Assembly: GCA_018002295.1 (NCBI GenBank)
Contig: JAGNGI010000005.1
Coordinates: forward strand, 1-63,595
Source of the DNA: Fidelibacterota bacterium
Lineage (GTDB): Bacteria; Fidelibacterota; UBA2242
Length of the DNA stretch: 63,595 nt
Direction of reading: 5' to 3'
The notes under the pieces were generated by a model, which was given only the letters and a program-made list of their open reading frames with translations, was not told where the DNA came from and made no database searches. The translations under genes were made by a program, and so were the position numbers. Below are positions 20,791 through 31,027 of this stretch, in pieces. Position 1 is the first letter of the stretch; each line of letters opens with the position of its first letter.

Positions 20791-22029
20791 TTACTTCATT
20801 GCGGCAATAAAAGTTAATAAAATAGTTGCAATGGAAGTAAATATTTCCAGAACTGATAAATCTCCGAATATTGTACTCTTAGAACTACGAGGGATAATTA
20901 TAACATCACCTCGTTTAAGAGTTGCAGATTTACCTGGCTCGGTACTTCCATCCAAGTGACGTATGTAAACCTTATCGATATCTCCTTCATAGGTGTTTCC
21001 ACCAGCCATATTAATATAATCCAAATATGAATAGCCCGGATAAAAATAAAAACTACCTGGAGATTGGACGAATCCATTAACTGATATTCCTCTTTCTGAG
21101 AGAATGTCAATTGCATCACCTGGCTTTAATGGAGTGGAGAAGAAATCTCGCGGATATACCGTCATTACTAGCTGGTGATCAGCCTCTTTTCGCGTAATTG
21201 TTACATTTTCCAAGTCAGCGTTTTCAATAAACTGAGCTTGGCGTCGTAGATAATAGCCTAAGGATTCATTTTCTTGGATAATATCATAGCCACTTCCATA
21301 CACTGCGCCTCGAATAACGATAGCTTCTTTATCCGGATCTCCAAATGGGACGAATATTCTATCGCCCTCTAAAAAAGTAGGGTTATGCTTCAGGTCTCCC
21401 TCGAGTTTATAATTAAAGTAATTTATTGTGTCAATTCTGCCATCGTTTCTAGTTATCTGGATATTAAATTCCTTGGCAAATTGGTCAAATCCCTCAGCCA
21501 GCTCAATTATTTCATTTAATCTTGTAACCGCAGTAACATCATAGAACCCTGGTTGAAACACGGCGCCGGCAATTTGAATCTTGAAAGTGCGTAAGTTTAC
21601 CAATGCTACATCGACTTTGGCACTTGGATAGACTTCATTGATTTTCTTTTTACATAGTTCGATGGCATCTTTCAGAATTAAACCATTTACATTAATTTTT
21701 CCAACCGATGGTATTAATAAATCCCCAGTAGGAGTTATAGCTAATTCTATGTTTATATTTTCAGTGATAATTATATCAATCCCAAATATATCACCAGGGC
21801 CTACGATATATTCTTCGGGTGAAACTGCTTTATCAAGAGCAATTAGTTCTTGCATTTTTGAAACTTCTTTTGCTTTTTCTTTTAAAGTAGTTTTTTCTTT
21901 TTCAGTCTCTTGTTCAAACATTTTCCCATAGGATCTATACGATTTTTGAGATTCGGAGGATCTATATTGTTGCCCTAATGAAATATCGAATAAAATAGCC
22001 ACCATTAGAATAACAAATGCTTTTTTCAT
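20791..22029 (-). CDS. SLBB-domain polysaccharide export protein
   Basis: Signal peptide, YIVGPGD, IPSVGKINV.GL, repeated beta-grasp SLBB units (IAGAVFQPG, VNGFVQSPG..AGG). Confidence 0.78.
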   Translation of the reverse strand: MKKAFVILMVAILFDISLGQQYRSSESQKSYRSYGKMFEQETEKEKTTLKEKAKEVSKMQELIALDKAVSPEEYIVGPGDIFGIDIIITENINIELAITPTGDLLIPSVGKINVNGLILKDAIELCKKKINEVYPSAKVDVALVNLRTFKIQIAGAVFQPGFYDVTAVTRLNEIIELAEGFDQFAKEFNIQITRNDGRIDTINYFNYKLEGDLKHNPTFLEGDRIFVPFGDPDKEAIVIRGAVYGSGYDIIQENESLGYYLRRQAQFIENADLENVTITRKEADHQLVMTVYPRDFFSTPLKPGDAIDILSERGISVNGFVQSPGSFYFYPGYSYLDYINMAGGNTYEGDIDKVYIRHLDGSTEPGKSATLKRGDVIIIPRSSKSTIFGDLSVLEIFTSIATILLTFIAAMK

Positions 22030-22040
22030 TAATATACCTC

Positions 22041-23060
22041 TTAGATTTTATAATGCCTTTTATAATATTCTAGGTATTCGCCGCTTTTTAATGGTTTCCA
22101 CCATTGCGGATTGTCAATATACCACTGGATAGTATTGCGCATAGCATCTTCGAATTTGTTTTGTGCTTGCCAGCCGAGTTCGTGCAGTTTAGCCGCCGAA
22201 ATCGAGTAACGCCGGTCATGTCCCAGTCGGTCCGCGACTGGTTTTATCAATGTCTTCGGTTTATTCATATATTCAAAAATAAAGTTGGTGATGAAGATGT
22301 TTTCCAACTCGTTTTCTCCGGCGATATTATAAACTTCGCCGGGTTTTCCATTTTTCAGAATGAATTCAATCGCATCACAATGATCCCAGACGTACAACCA
22401 ATCACGCACATTTTTTCCATCACCATACAAGGGAACGGGTTTATCCTCGATTAAATTTGTGACAAACAGCGGAATGAGTTTTTCCGGGTATTGGTAAGGA
22501 CCGTAATTATTCGAAGCGCGCGTAATAATTACCGGCAAGTTATAAGTATTGAAATAGGAATACGCCAGACGATCGCCACCGGCTTTGCTGGCTGAATAAG
22601 GATTACCCGGTTTCAATGGCGATTCTTCGGTAAATGAACCTTCCAAAATTGAGCCATAGACTTCATCAGTACTAATCTGGATGAAACGCTCAATCCCAAA
22701 TTCTTTGGAAGCTTCCAATAAAACAAAAACGCCAAACATATCCGTCCGAATAAAATCGTCCGGCTTACCGATACTACGATCTACATGCGACTCGGCCGCA
22801 AAATTCACGACGTAATCCGGATGATATTTACGAAAAATATTATTTACAGTATCCGCATCACAAATATCGCCTTTAACAAAAATATAATCGGAATTGTTAG
22901 CCAGATCTTGCAGATTTGCCAGGTTGCCGGCATATGTAAGTTTATCGAGATTAATCACCCGAACATTTTTGTACTTTGCAAATAGATAGTGGATATAGTT
23001 ACTGCCGATAAATCCGGCGCCACCGGTCACCAGATAGACTTTTCGTTCGGAATCAGACAT
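22041..23060 (-). CDS. rfbB: dTDP-glucose 4,6-dehydratase
   Basis: VTGGAGFIGSN, DKLTYAGNL, NFAAESHVDRSI, ISTDEVYG, PYSASKA, NNYGPYQYPEKLIP. Confidence 0.93.
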   Translation of the reverse strand: MSDSERKVYLVTGGAGFIGSNYIHYLFAKYKNVRVINLDKLTYAGNLANLQDLANNSDYIFVKGDICDADTVNNIFRKYHPDYVVNFAAESHVDRSIGKPDDFIRTDMFGVFVLLEASKEFGIERFIQISTDEVYGSILEGSFTEESPLKPGNPYSASKAGGDRLAYSYFNTYNLPVIITRASNNYGPYQYPEKLIPLFVTNLIEDKPVPLYGDGKNVRDWLYVWDHCDAIEFILKNGKPGEVYNIAGENELENIFITNFIFEYMNKPKTLIKPVADRLGHDRRYSISAAKLHELGWQAQNKFEDAMRNTIQWYIDNPQWWKPLKSGEYLEYYKRHYKI

Positions 23061-23074
23061 TAGTATATTCCTAA

Positions 23075-24388
23075 TTAATTGACAATTTTACGGCCGATAC
23101 AATCGTAAATGAAGCCTACTGCTTGGACTTTTTGAGGATCGTAAATATTCCTCGCATCAATCATAATCGGATTTTTCATCACTGATTTTAGATAATTTAA
23201 GTCCAAATTGCGAAATTCGTTCCATTCCGTCATAATAATCAAAGCATCAGCTCCTTTAGCGGCATCTTCGGTGGAAGCCACATAAGTAATTTGGGGATAA
23301 TATTTGCGCATTTCTTTCATAGCTTCCGGATCATAGGCTTTGATTTGCCCGCCGCGTTTCAAAATTTCTTCAATTACGGTTAATGCTGGCGTTTCGCGGA
23401 CATCGTTAGTGTTGGGCTTGAAGGCTAATCCCAGGATTCCAATCGTTTTATCGGAGAGGTTTGGTAGAACTTTCAAGAGCTTCTCGACGACCCGCAATTT
23501 CTGACGATTATTGGCCTCAATGACAGCTTCCACAATTGTGGCTCGCATTCCGGCTTTTTCAGCTATTTTAGTTAAAGCTAAAGTATCTTTTGGGAAGCAA
23601 GATCCGCCATAACCCGGTCCAGCATGTAGAAATTTCTTACCGATCCGTCCGTCCAGCCCCATAGCCTTGGCGACTTGCTGAACATCGGCGCCTACTAGTT
23701 CGCAGAGATTAGCTATTTCGTTAATAAATGAAATTTTCGTCGCTAAAAAAGCATTCGAGGCATACTTAATCATTTCCGCGGTGTGGATATCGGTTGCCAC
23801 AATCGGCGTTTCGATTAAATAGAGGGGACGGTAAATTTCCTTCATTATCTCGAGGGCTTTTGGTGAACTGGTGCCGATCACAATCCGATCCGGCCGCATA
23901 AAATCGCTAACCGCCGAACCCTCGCGTAAAAATTCGGGATTTGAAACCACTTCGAACATTTCCGGCGCAATTTTATGTGATAATAGACGTTCGCGGATTT
24001 GATCATTAGTTCCAACCTCGACTGTACTTTTGGTGACAATAACTTTAAAACTGTCAATAACCTTGGCGATTTGGTCAACCGCATTAAAAATATAGGAAAG
24101 ATCAACTTCACCGTTTTCGCCGGAAGGAGTCGGTACCGCCAGAAAAATCACTTCCGATTCCCGTATTGCCAGCGTCAGATCGTCGGTGAACTTCAGTCGG
24201 CCTTTAGCGACGTTCTTTCTAACCAAATCAATCAAACCCGGTTCATAAATTGGCATTTCTCCGTTATTTAGTTTTTCTATTTTAGTCGTATCAATATCAT
24301 AACAGATTACTTCATTACCGAAATCAGCCAGTCCCGTTCCGGATACTAAACCGACATATCCTACTCCCAGCATTGCAATTTTCTTCAT
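23075..24388 (-). CDS. ugd: UDP-glucose/GDP-mannose 6-dehydrogenase
   Basis: GVGYVGL, IYEPGL, SNPEFLREG, IKYASNAFLATKISFINE, GYGGSCFPKD (catalytic Cys). Confidence 0.93.
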   Translation of the reverse strand: MKKIAMLGVGYVGLVSGTGLADFGNEVICYDIDTTKIEKLNNGEMPIYEPGLIDLVRKNVAKGRLKFTDDLTLAIRESEVIFLAVPTPSGENGEVDLSYIFNAVDQIAKVIDSFKVIVTKSTVEVGTNDQIRERLLSHKIAPEMFEVVSNPEFLREGSAVSDFMRPDRIVIGTSSPKALEIMKEIYRPLYLIETPIVATDIHTAEMIKYASNAFLATKISFINEIANLCELVGADVQQVAKAMGLDGRIGKKFLHAGPGYGGSCFPKDTLALTKIAEKAGMRATIVEAVIEANNRQKLRVVEKLLKVLPNLSDKTIGILGLAFKPNTNDVRETPALTVIEEILKRGGQIKAYDPEAMKEMRKYYPQITYVASTEDAAKGADALIIMTEWNEFRNLDLNYLKSVMKNPIMIDARNIYDPQKVQAVGFIYDCIGRKIVN

Positions 24389-24548
24389 AAAATCACTCCG
24401 GTATTTTTTTCTATTTAATGAATGGGGTAAGCGTTTTACGTGCTAAGACCAGATCGGATTTACCAATTCTTGCTGAAATACCTCTTTTTTTGAATTCTAG
24501 TCTGCACGGTGGAAATTTGAACATAAACAATTAAAAGGTCAAGACTTT

Positions 24549-26672
24549 TTATAGAAAGCCCTGAAAACGTCGCATACTCCATTCTACTGTAAGTAAAACA
24601 ATCAAAATCACAAGCGTCCATCGCCAGTTTAAAAACTTGATAACGTGTGACTGGGTGATAATCTTTTCCGTTACTTGTAAGCGATCAATAATTTCGGGAA
24701 TCCGGTTCGTTTTTAAACCGCCACTCCGTAAGGCAATTGTTCTGAGTAAATCCACGTTTTGCCGAACCTCAAGTAATTCGATCGGGCGATCAATTACGGT
24801 AATTGGCTGTTCGCGAATTCCGATTAAATTATCGCCACTCCACGCCGAAATGCGTACCTGACAATCGCCGGCATTTCTAACGGGTATAACTCCCGAATAA
24901 TTATTTCCATTCCAGATCAAATTGCTTGAGGCGATCACGTCGTTTTGTTGAATTAGTTCGGCTTTGACTACGGCATCGTTTACTACTAAGCCCTTCAAAT
25001 CGTACAGCAGGCAACTCATTTCGACGGTTTCACCGTTCAGAAATATTCTTTTATTGATTGACAGTTGAATTGGGGAAGAGCTGAGGGTATCGGTCAACCA
25101 TTTTGCCATTCCTTGAAACAGTTCATCATAAATATCAAACCGTCCTATCTCATTGGTCATAAATGACCAGCGCCAAAAATCTAATCCGATACAGAGCGCC
25201 AAAGGTTTATTTCTTTCTTGATTGATGGCAATAACCGGATTTTCGGTGATATCAGTGCTTTCAATAATCGTTAGCAAAGACGGCTTAAGGCGAATCCGTC
25301 GGAAAGGCGAGCCAATCGGTGGCAATTCCCGCCAGATTATTTCAGAAACATTTGCTTTTTGAAAATTTTTTATCAGAGGATGTTCCAGACCTGCGCGCGT
25401 TGGTTTGACGCTAATCTGATTTACTGATTTATCAACCAACAATTCATTCATCGGATTCCAGCCCAGCAGTCTTTCTAATTGTTTGGAATCGACATCTCCA
25501 TCGAGAAAAAATATTAGTGGCAAATTGTAATCGGAAATTTTTTGCCGGAGACGAATTAAATCGTTCTGGCTGGATTCGGCTGTCGGATAGCCGATAAAAA
25601 TTATCAAATTCCACTCTTTTGCCATTATCTCTTGAAATGAGAGCGGCAACCACTGTCCTTTATTTATAACAACATTCTGAACGAAAACATCTTGCAATCC
25701 GCGTAGAGTGCGAGTCAGAAAAGGCGCTTCGAAATTAGCCTGCCCGCTGACAATGAGTATTTTAATTTGGGATTCGAGCACTTTCACCGCATTCATCCTG
25801 AGATTATTGTAGGGATTTTTATCCTGCGCGGCTGTAATTTCAACAGAATATATTTTTTCGCCCGGTTTGGACGGAATTGCTTGAAAAGACAGCGTTTTTC
25901 TCATAGCTTGGCTTTGACTCGCTATGACTTTTTTATCAAGAATTATTTCACCTTCTTTAAGCATTACAGTAATCGGATCGCCGTTTCCAGTCGGTATTAT
26001 TTCAGCATTGATAGTAACTGTATCTCCAGCTTTGACGGTTTGGGGCATTTCAATTTTCGTAACGGCAGGATCCATAACCAGTTCGCTATCGCCAATTCCA
26101 ATAGTAAACACGGGAAATGGCATTTCGATATCGCTAAAAGTTGGGTCTTCGCCTCGGGTGATGACACCGTCGGAAATAATTAGCGCACCTATGATATTTT
26201 CGTTCTCAAACTCGAACTTAGAATATCGTAAAACTTGGGCTAAGTCGGTGGCGAGCCCATTATTCTCGATATTTTTCAGTTTTCCCGTTACGGGAATAAT
26301 TTTTTCATCAAATAGAAAAAGATGCGGCTTGATTCCTTTCCCATCCAGTGCTGTATTAATTTCCTGGACAATTGAAAGCAAACTGTCTTTAGAAAAATTA
26401 TTTTGAGCGGCAACGCTAAGCGAATTATCAATCCAAACCAAAGCTGATGGCGCTTTTTTGCGACTACTTGTCCAATGAATTTCCGGCTTAAGAATTAATC
26501 CTGCCAGTAGAATTAGAATTAAACTGCGTAAAACCAGCAAAGTCCTCGTTACCAACCGCGACCTTCCGCCGGGAATTTTCCTGAAGGAGAAGAATAAAAG
26601 TCCAACTAATCCCAATAAAAGGATAAGCCACCACCATTCAAATCCCGGAAATTTCAAGGTCAATGAATGCAT
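24549..26672 (-). CDS. Membrane-anchored protein with a vWA-like domain and Ig-like/GATase-like regions
   Basis: Two N-terminal TM helices, WIDNSLSV and IISDG vWA-like motifs, C-terminal TM ending VEWSMRR; function unknown. Confidence 0.6.
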   Translation of the reverse strand: MHSLTLKFPGFEWWWLILLLGLVGLLFFSFRKIPGGRSRLVTRTLLVLRSLILILLAGLILKPEIHWTSSRKKAPSALVWIDNSLSVAAQNNFSKDSLLSIVQEINTALDGKGIKPHLFLFDEKIIPVTGKLKNIENNGLATDLAQVLRYSKFEFENENIIGALIISDGVITRGEDPTFSDIEMPFPVFTIGIGDSELVMDPAVTKIEMPQTVKAGDTVTINAEIIPTGNGDPITVMLKEGEIILDKKVIASQSQAMRKTLSFQAIPSKPGEKIYSVEITAAQDKNPYNNLRMNAVKVLESQIKILIVSGQANFEAPFLTRTLRGLQDVFVQNVVINKGQWLPLSFQEIMAKEWNLIIFIGYPTAESSQNDLIRLRQKISDYNLPLIFFLDGDVDSKQLERLLGWNPMNELLVDKSVNQISVKPTRAGLEHPLIKNFQKANVSEIIWRELPPIGSPFRRIRLKPSLLTIIESTDITENPVIAINQERNKPLALCIGLDFWRWSFMTNEIGRFDIYDELFQGMAKWLTDTLSSSPIQLSINKRIFLNGETVEMSCLLYDLKGLVVNDAVVKAELIQQNDVIASSNLIWNGNNYSGVIPVRNAGDCQVRISAWSGDNLIGIREQPITVIDRPIELLEVRQNVDLLRTIALRSGGLKTNRIPEIIDRLQVTEKIITQSHVIKFLNWRWTLVILIVLLTVEWSMRRFQGFL

Positions 26673-26673
26673 T

Positions 26674-27678
26674 TTATTTAGTAGTAAGTGTTAGATTCGG
26701 TACGGCTGAGATTGAAAAAGGCGAAATTTGGTTGCGTGACAACATTTCCTGCCCGGTTCTGGCGATCATCGCGGCATTGTCCGTACAATATTTCAAAGAT
26801 GGAATTATCAATTCGATTTGGTAGTAATCAGCCTGTTCCTGGAAAACTTGTCTTAGTCTGGAATTAGCGGCTACGCCACCGGCAAGGACCAGTTTATTGG
26901 CGTGCAGATTTTCAACGGCGGTGAAAGTGTTGATTTTCAGGACATCTACGATCGCTTCCTGATAAGCGGCGCATAAATCGGCTAAATTTTTCTGAGCCCA
27001 ATCCTGACCTCTCTGACGGACTAAATATAACATCGCGGTTTTCAAGCCGCTAAAGCTGAAATCGTACTGCTCGGAGCGGACTTTAGCCCGCGGAAATTGG
27101 TAAAAATTGAGATTACCACGACGTGCCATTTGATCAATTTGTGGACCTCCCGGATAAGGTAATTCCAGAATGCGGGCGGCTTTGTCAAAAGCCTCACCGG
27201 CGGCATCATCAACACTGCGTCCAAGGATCTGATAATTACCAAAGTCATTCACCTGGATAATTTGGGTATGGCCGCCGGAAACCAGTAAACAGAGAAAGGG
27301 AAATTTTAAATCCGGGCAGGTCAAAAAATTAGCCATAATATGGCCTTCGATGTGATTGACGCCCAGTAAAGGTTTACTGAGTGAATACGCCAAACCTTTT
27401 GCGAAACTTAATCCAACCAATAAAGCTCCCATTAACCCGGGACCGCGAGTCACAGCAATACCATCAAGATTTTCGGGCTGCAATCCGGTCTGGACGAATG
27501 CTTCTTTTACCATCTGATCAAGCAGACGCATATGTTCACGAGAAGCAAATTCCGGGACAACGCCTCCGAACTGCTGATGAAGTAATTGAGAAGAGACCAG
27601 ATTGACTAAAATTTCATTATCATTTAAAATGGCAACGGCGGTTTCGTCGCAGGATGTTTCGATGCCGAGAATTAGCAT
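26674..27678 (-). CDS. tsaD: tRNA N6-threonylcarbamoyladenosine biosynthesis protein TsaD
   Basis: LGIETSCDET, GGVVPE.ASREH, NHIEGH, LVSGGHT, DDAAGEAFDK, CTDNAAMIA. Confidence 0.97.
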   Translation of the reverse strand: MLILGIETSCDETAVAILNDNEILVNLVSSQLLHQQFGGVVPEFASREHMRLLDQMVKEAFVQTGLQPENLDGIAVTRGPGLMGALLVGLSFAKGLAYSLSKPLLGVNHIEGHIMANFLTCPDLKFPFLCLLVSGGHTQIIQVNDFGNYQILGRSVDDAAGEAFDKAARILELPYPGGPQIDQMARRGNLNFYQFPRAKVRSEQYDFSFSGLKTAMLYLVRQRGQDWAQKNLADLCAAYQEAIVDVLKINTFTAVENLHANKLVLAGGVAANSRLRQVFQEQADYYQIELIIPSLKYCTDNAAMIARTGQEMLSRNQISPFSISAVPNLTLTTK

Positions 27679-28755
27679 TCAGGGTTGCCTCTCGCGAATT
27701 ATCCGAATTTCAAAAGTATCGGGTTCGAGATTCCACCAGTTTAAGAGTCCGGGTGGCAGTTCTACGGTTGGAGTGTAAAAGGACTCATCCGGTCGCCAAT
27801 CTGTGGCAAAATCAAATACGATTTTAATATCTTCCGGCTGAACTGTTTTCAATTTTTCGATTCCACCGGAAATAGTCAATGTGGCTGTTGGAGGAATAAT
27901 TTCGGCTTTCTGATCTTGAGCAAGATTGATTACTCTAATTGGGATGTCGGTTAATTTTTTTTCACCCAATTGGTCGACCTTCTGCAGGATGCGGACGCGC
28001 GTTACATCAATATAAACATTATACTTAGGGACAAATTCTAAATCAATTTCCTGCGAAATCGAACTGGAAACATTAGTGAGAACCAGCTTTTTAGTTGGCA
28101 CTTCATTATATTGTCTGACATAAGTTCGCGGACCCCTTAAAGTAACGCTGTCTGGAATTATACGCATTGAACCGGCTAAGACATAGCCAGGTGCTAATTG
28201 TATTTCAACCTCCGGTTTGACCGGTACTTTTGCCGTGACTAAATCGTCCAAAACAACGCGCAAGGTTTCCGGCCAGATAATGTGATCGAGTTTGACATTA
28301 ATATTTCGTGGAGTGATGACTTTTTCGGGATTATTTTTAAAGTATTCATTTAAAGGGAAATCGTAATATTGTTTAATGGAGTAGCAATCTACGACAAATT
28401 TGATTGATTGTTGAGGTGATAGGATAAGATAAAACAGGTCAATTCCTTTACCTGAAAAACTAGCTTGGACTTGCGACGGTAATTTCTCAATCGTCGTTTT
28501 AGTCGGGTCAATATTTCTCACCTCCAGTTTAGCTGAAAAAGTATAAGAATAAGTATTATTCAATACGACGTAGAGCCAGAGAAAAACGGTGAAAACGAAG
28601 ATCCAAATCTTAGTACGCGTATTGGTGGTAATCCATTTTCGGACGGCTTGCCTGACATTCCGATAGGACAATTTCTCATTAAATTTGCGGCGTTTTTCTT
28701 TAAGACTTGGATTCATACAACTTTGCAAAATAACAATGGGGCTGTCAAAATCCAA
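27679..28755 (-). CDS. YbbR/CdaR-like protein
   Basis: One N-terminal TM followed by YbbR-type repeats (VPVKPEV, PDSVTLRGP, IIPPTATLTISG). The true start may be downstream of 28755. Confidence 0.7.
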   Translation of the reverse strand: MDFDSPIVILQSCMNPSLKEKRRKFNEKLSYRNVRQAVRKWITTNTRTKIWIFVFTVFLWLYVVLNNTYSYTFSAKLEVRNIDPTKTTIEKLPSQVQASFSGKGIDLFYLILSPQQSIKFVVDCYSIKQYYDFPLNEYFKNNPEKVITPRNINVKLDHIIWPETLRVVLDDLVTAKVPVKPEVEIQLAPGYVLAGSMRIIPDSVTLRGPRTYVRQYNEVPTKKLVLTNVSSSISQEIDLEFVPKYNVYIDVTRVRILQKVDQLGEKKLTDIPIRVINLAQDQKAEIIPPTATLTISGGIEKLKTVQPEDIKIVFDFATDWRPDESFYTPTVELPPGLLNWWNLEPDTFEIRIIRERQP

Positions 28756-28789
28756 GCCCCATTGTTATTTTTAAACGATTTCAGGCTCC

Positions 28790-31003
28790 TTATTTTTCAG
28801 CGGTATCGTCAGCGGCTGGTTTTTCACTTTCGGCCTGCGGTTTAGATTTTTTAGAAGTCGATTTGGCCGAATTTTTCCTGGTCTTTTCCGGACTGTCTTC
28901 GGTTTCTTTTTTGGTTTCTACTTCAGGTTTTTCCTCAGCAGGTATTTCTTCAGAAATGACTTTTTTGGTACTTTTTTTCTTGGGTTTTTCTTCTTCTGTG
29001 GTGAGATCTTCTGGTTTTTCGACATTTTCCGCTTTCTTGGCTTTTTTGGCGGGAGATTTAGCCTTTGCGGCTGACTTTTCTTCTTTTTCCTGAGTTTTTT
29101 CTTCCGATTCGGCGATTTTCTGAATTATTTCACTCGGGATTTCGAGTTTATTAGTTGTTTCAGCCTGTTGCATCATATAAGCTTCTACTTCGGTCTTGGG
29201 TTCGCGCGGAATAGCCTGTTCACGTGATAGTATGATTTTCTTTTCTTGTCGGTTGACTTCCAAGACTTTGAGCTGCAGTTTTTCACCAATTTCAACTGCC
29301 TTGCTGAGGTCTTTACGATCTTTTTTAGGCATTTGTCCTAATGGAATTATTCCTTCGAGATCGTGTTCTAGATTGACCACAATGAATTTATCAGTCACTT
29401 TAGCGACTTCGCCTTCCACGATACTTCCGACAGAAAAAAGAGTTTCAATCATTGGCCAGGGATCTTCAGTAACCTGCTTTAAACCGAGAGAGATTTTGCG
29501 ATTTTCCTTCGAGATTTCCAGAATCTTGAATTCGACTTCATCGTCTTTTTTTAGCAATTCCCGGGGATGGCGGATTTTTTTCGTCCAGGACATATCTGAA
29601 ATATGGGCAAATCCGTCAACACCTTCTTGAAGTTCGATAAAGGCGCCATAAGGAGTCAGATTTCGAACTATACCTTTGTGAACAGAACCCACTGTGAATT
29701 TCTGTTCAATTGATTCCCACGGGTCTGGTTCAAGCTGTTTATATCCTAATGAAATTTTCCGTTCGGCACTGTCTATGCCCAGCACTTTAGCCTCGATTTC
29801 ATCGCCCAATTTGAACACCTCTGAAGGATGTTTAATATGCTGAGTCCAAGATATTTCCGAGATATGGATTAGTCCTTCAACCCCTTTTTCGAGTTCCACG
29901 AATACGCCATAATTAGTGATATTAACAACTTTGCCTTTAACGATCGTCCCAACAGGAAATTTGCTTTCAATACCTTCCCAGGGATGGGTGGTCAGTTGTT
30001 TGAGTCCGAGCGAAACACGCTGTTTTTCTTGATCGTAATCAATGACTTTGACTGTCAATTCCTGATCCATCTGAACTACTTCTCTCGGGTGATTGATACG
30101 TCCCCAGGAAATATCGGTGATATGGAGTAAGCCGTCTAATCCACCGAGATCAATAAAAACTCCAAAATCGGTTATATTTTTGACCCGACCGGTTAGAATA
30201 TCACCGACTTTGATTTTGGATAATAAATCATCACGTTTTTCCTTCATACTTTCTTCGAGTAATTCTTTACGGCTCAAGACAATATTTTTCCGTAATTCAT
30301 TTAATTTGACAATCCGAAATTCAAAAGTTTTCCCGATATAGGAATCAAAATCGGTAACCGGTCGAATATCAATTTGTGAGCCGGGCAGAAAGGCATCAAT
30401 TCCCATAATATCCACTACCATTCCACCTTTAATACGGCTGACAATTTGCCCTTCTACAGTTTCACCAGCCGCATAAATTTCCTTAATTCGTTCCCAGATT
30501 CGCATAAAATCGGCTTTCCGTTTGGAAAGAATCATCTGACCATTTTCGTCTTCAAGTACATCTACAAATACTTCAATCTGGTCGCCGATTTTCGGTAATT
30601 CCCCTTCTTCAAATTCCTCACGGGTAATAATTCCTTCGGATTTGAAGCCGACATCAACTAAAATTTCATTTTCATTAATGGCTACAACTGTTCCGAGTAT
30701 GCGCTGATCTTTTGCAATATCTTTTAGTGAGTTTTCATAGATTTTTGTATGGTCTTCGGCCTTGGGAGCCTGGACTTCATTCAATTTATCAATATCTTTT
30801 AAATCATATACTCTTACAATTTCTGACAATGGCCCCGAAGTGACTAATTCGGTAGTATAATCCGAAGTGGCGGATGTTCTTTCCTCAATCGTGGCATCTC
30901 TGGCAGTCACTGGCTCGGCGAATGGATCAGCCGGGTTAATGTCCGGAATTACTTCCGATTCTTCGGAGGGTTTAGGGTTTAAGGTTTGTTCTTCTTCTAA
31001 CAT
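28790..31003 (-). CDS. rpsA: 30S ribosomal protein S1 with long N- and C-terminal extensions
   Basis: Six S1 repeats (DVGFKSEG, DAFLPGSQID, ITDFGVFIDLGGLDGLLHITD, GVEGLIHISE and others); follows cmk. Confidence 0.95.
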   Translation of the reverse strand: MLEEEQTLNPKPSEESEVIPDINPADPFAEPVTARDATIEERTSATSDYTTELVTSGPLSEIVRVYDLKDIDKLNEVQAPKAEDHTKIYENSLKDIAKDQRILGTVVAINENEILVDVGFKSEGIITREEFEEGELPKIGDQIEVFVDVLEDENGQMILSKRKADFMRIWERIKEIYAAGETVEGQIVSRIKGGMVVDIMGIDAFLPGSQIDIRPVTDFDSYIGKTFEFRIVKLNELRKNIVLSRKELLEESMKEKRDDLLSKIKVGDILTGRVKNITDFGVFIDLGGLDGLLHITDISWGRINHPREVVQMDQELTVKVIDYDQEKQRVSLGLKQLTTHPWEGIESKFPVGTIVKGKVVNITNYGVFVELEKGVEGLIHISEISWTQHIKHPSEVFKLGDEIEAKVLGIDSAERKISLGYKQLEPDPWESIEQKFTVGSVHKGIVRNLTPYGAFIELQEGVDGFAHISDMSWTKKIRHPRELLKKDDEVEFKILEISKENRKISLGLKQVTEDPWPMIETLFSVGSIVEGEVAKVTDKFIVVNLEHDLEGIIPLGQMPKKDRKDLSKAVEIGEKLQLKVLEVNRQEKKIILSREQAIPREPKTEVEAYMMQQAETTNKLEIPSEIIQKIAESEEKTQEKEEKSAAKAKSPAKKAKKAENVEKPEDLTTEEEKPKKKSTKKVISEEIPAEEKPEVETKKETEDSPEKTRKNSAKSTSKKSKPQAESEKPAADDTAEK

Positions 31004-31027
31004 TGAAAATGTTCCTTTGGTTTAGGG

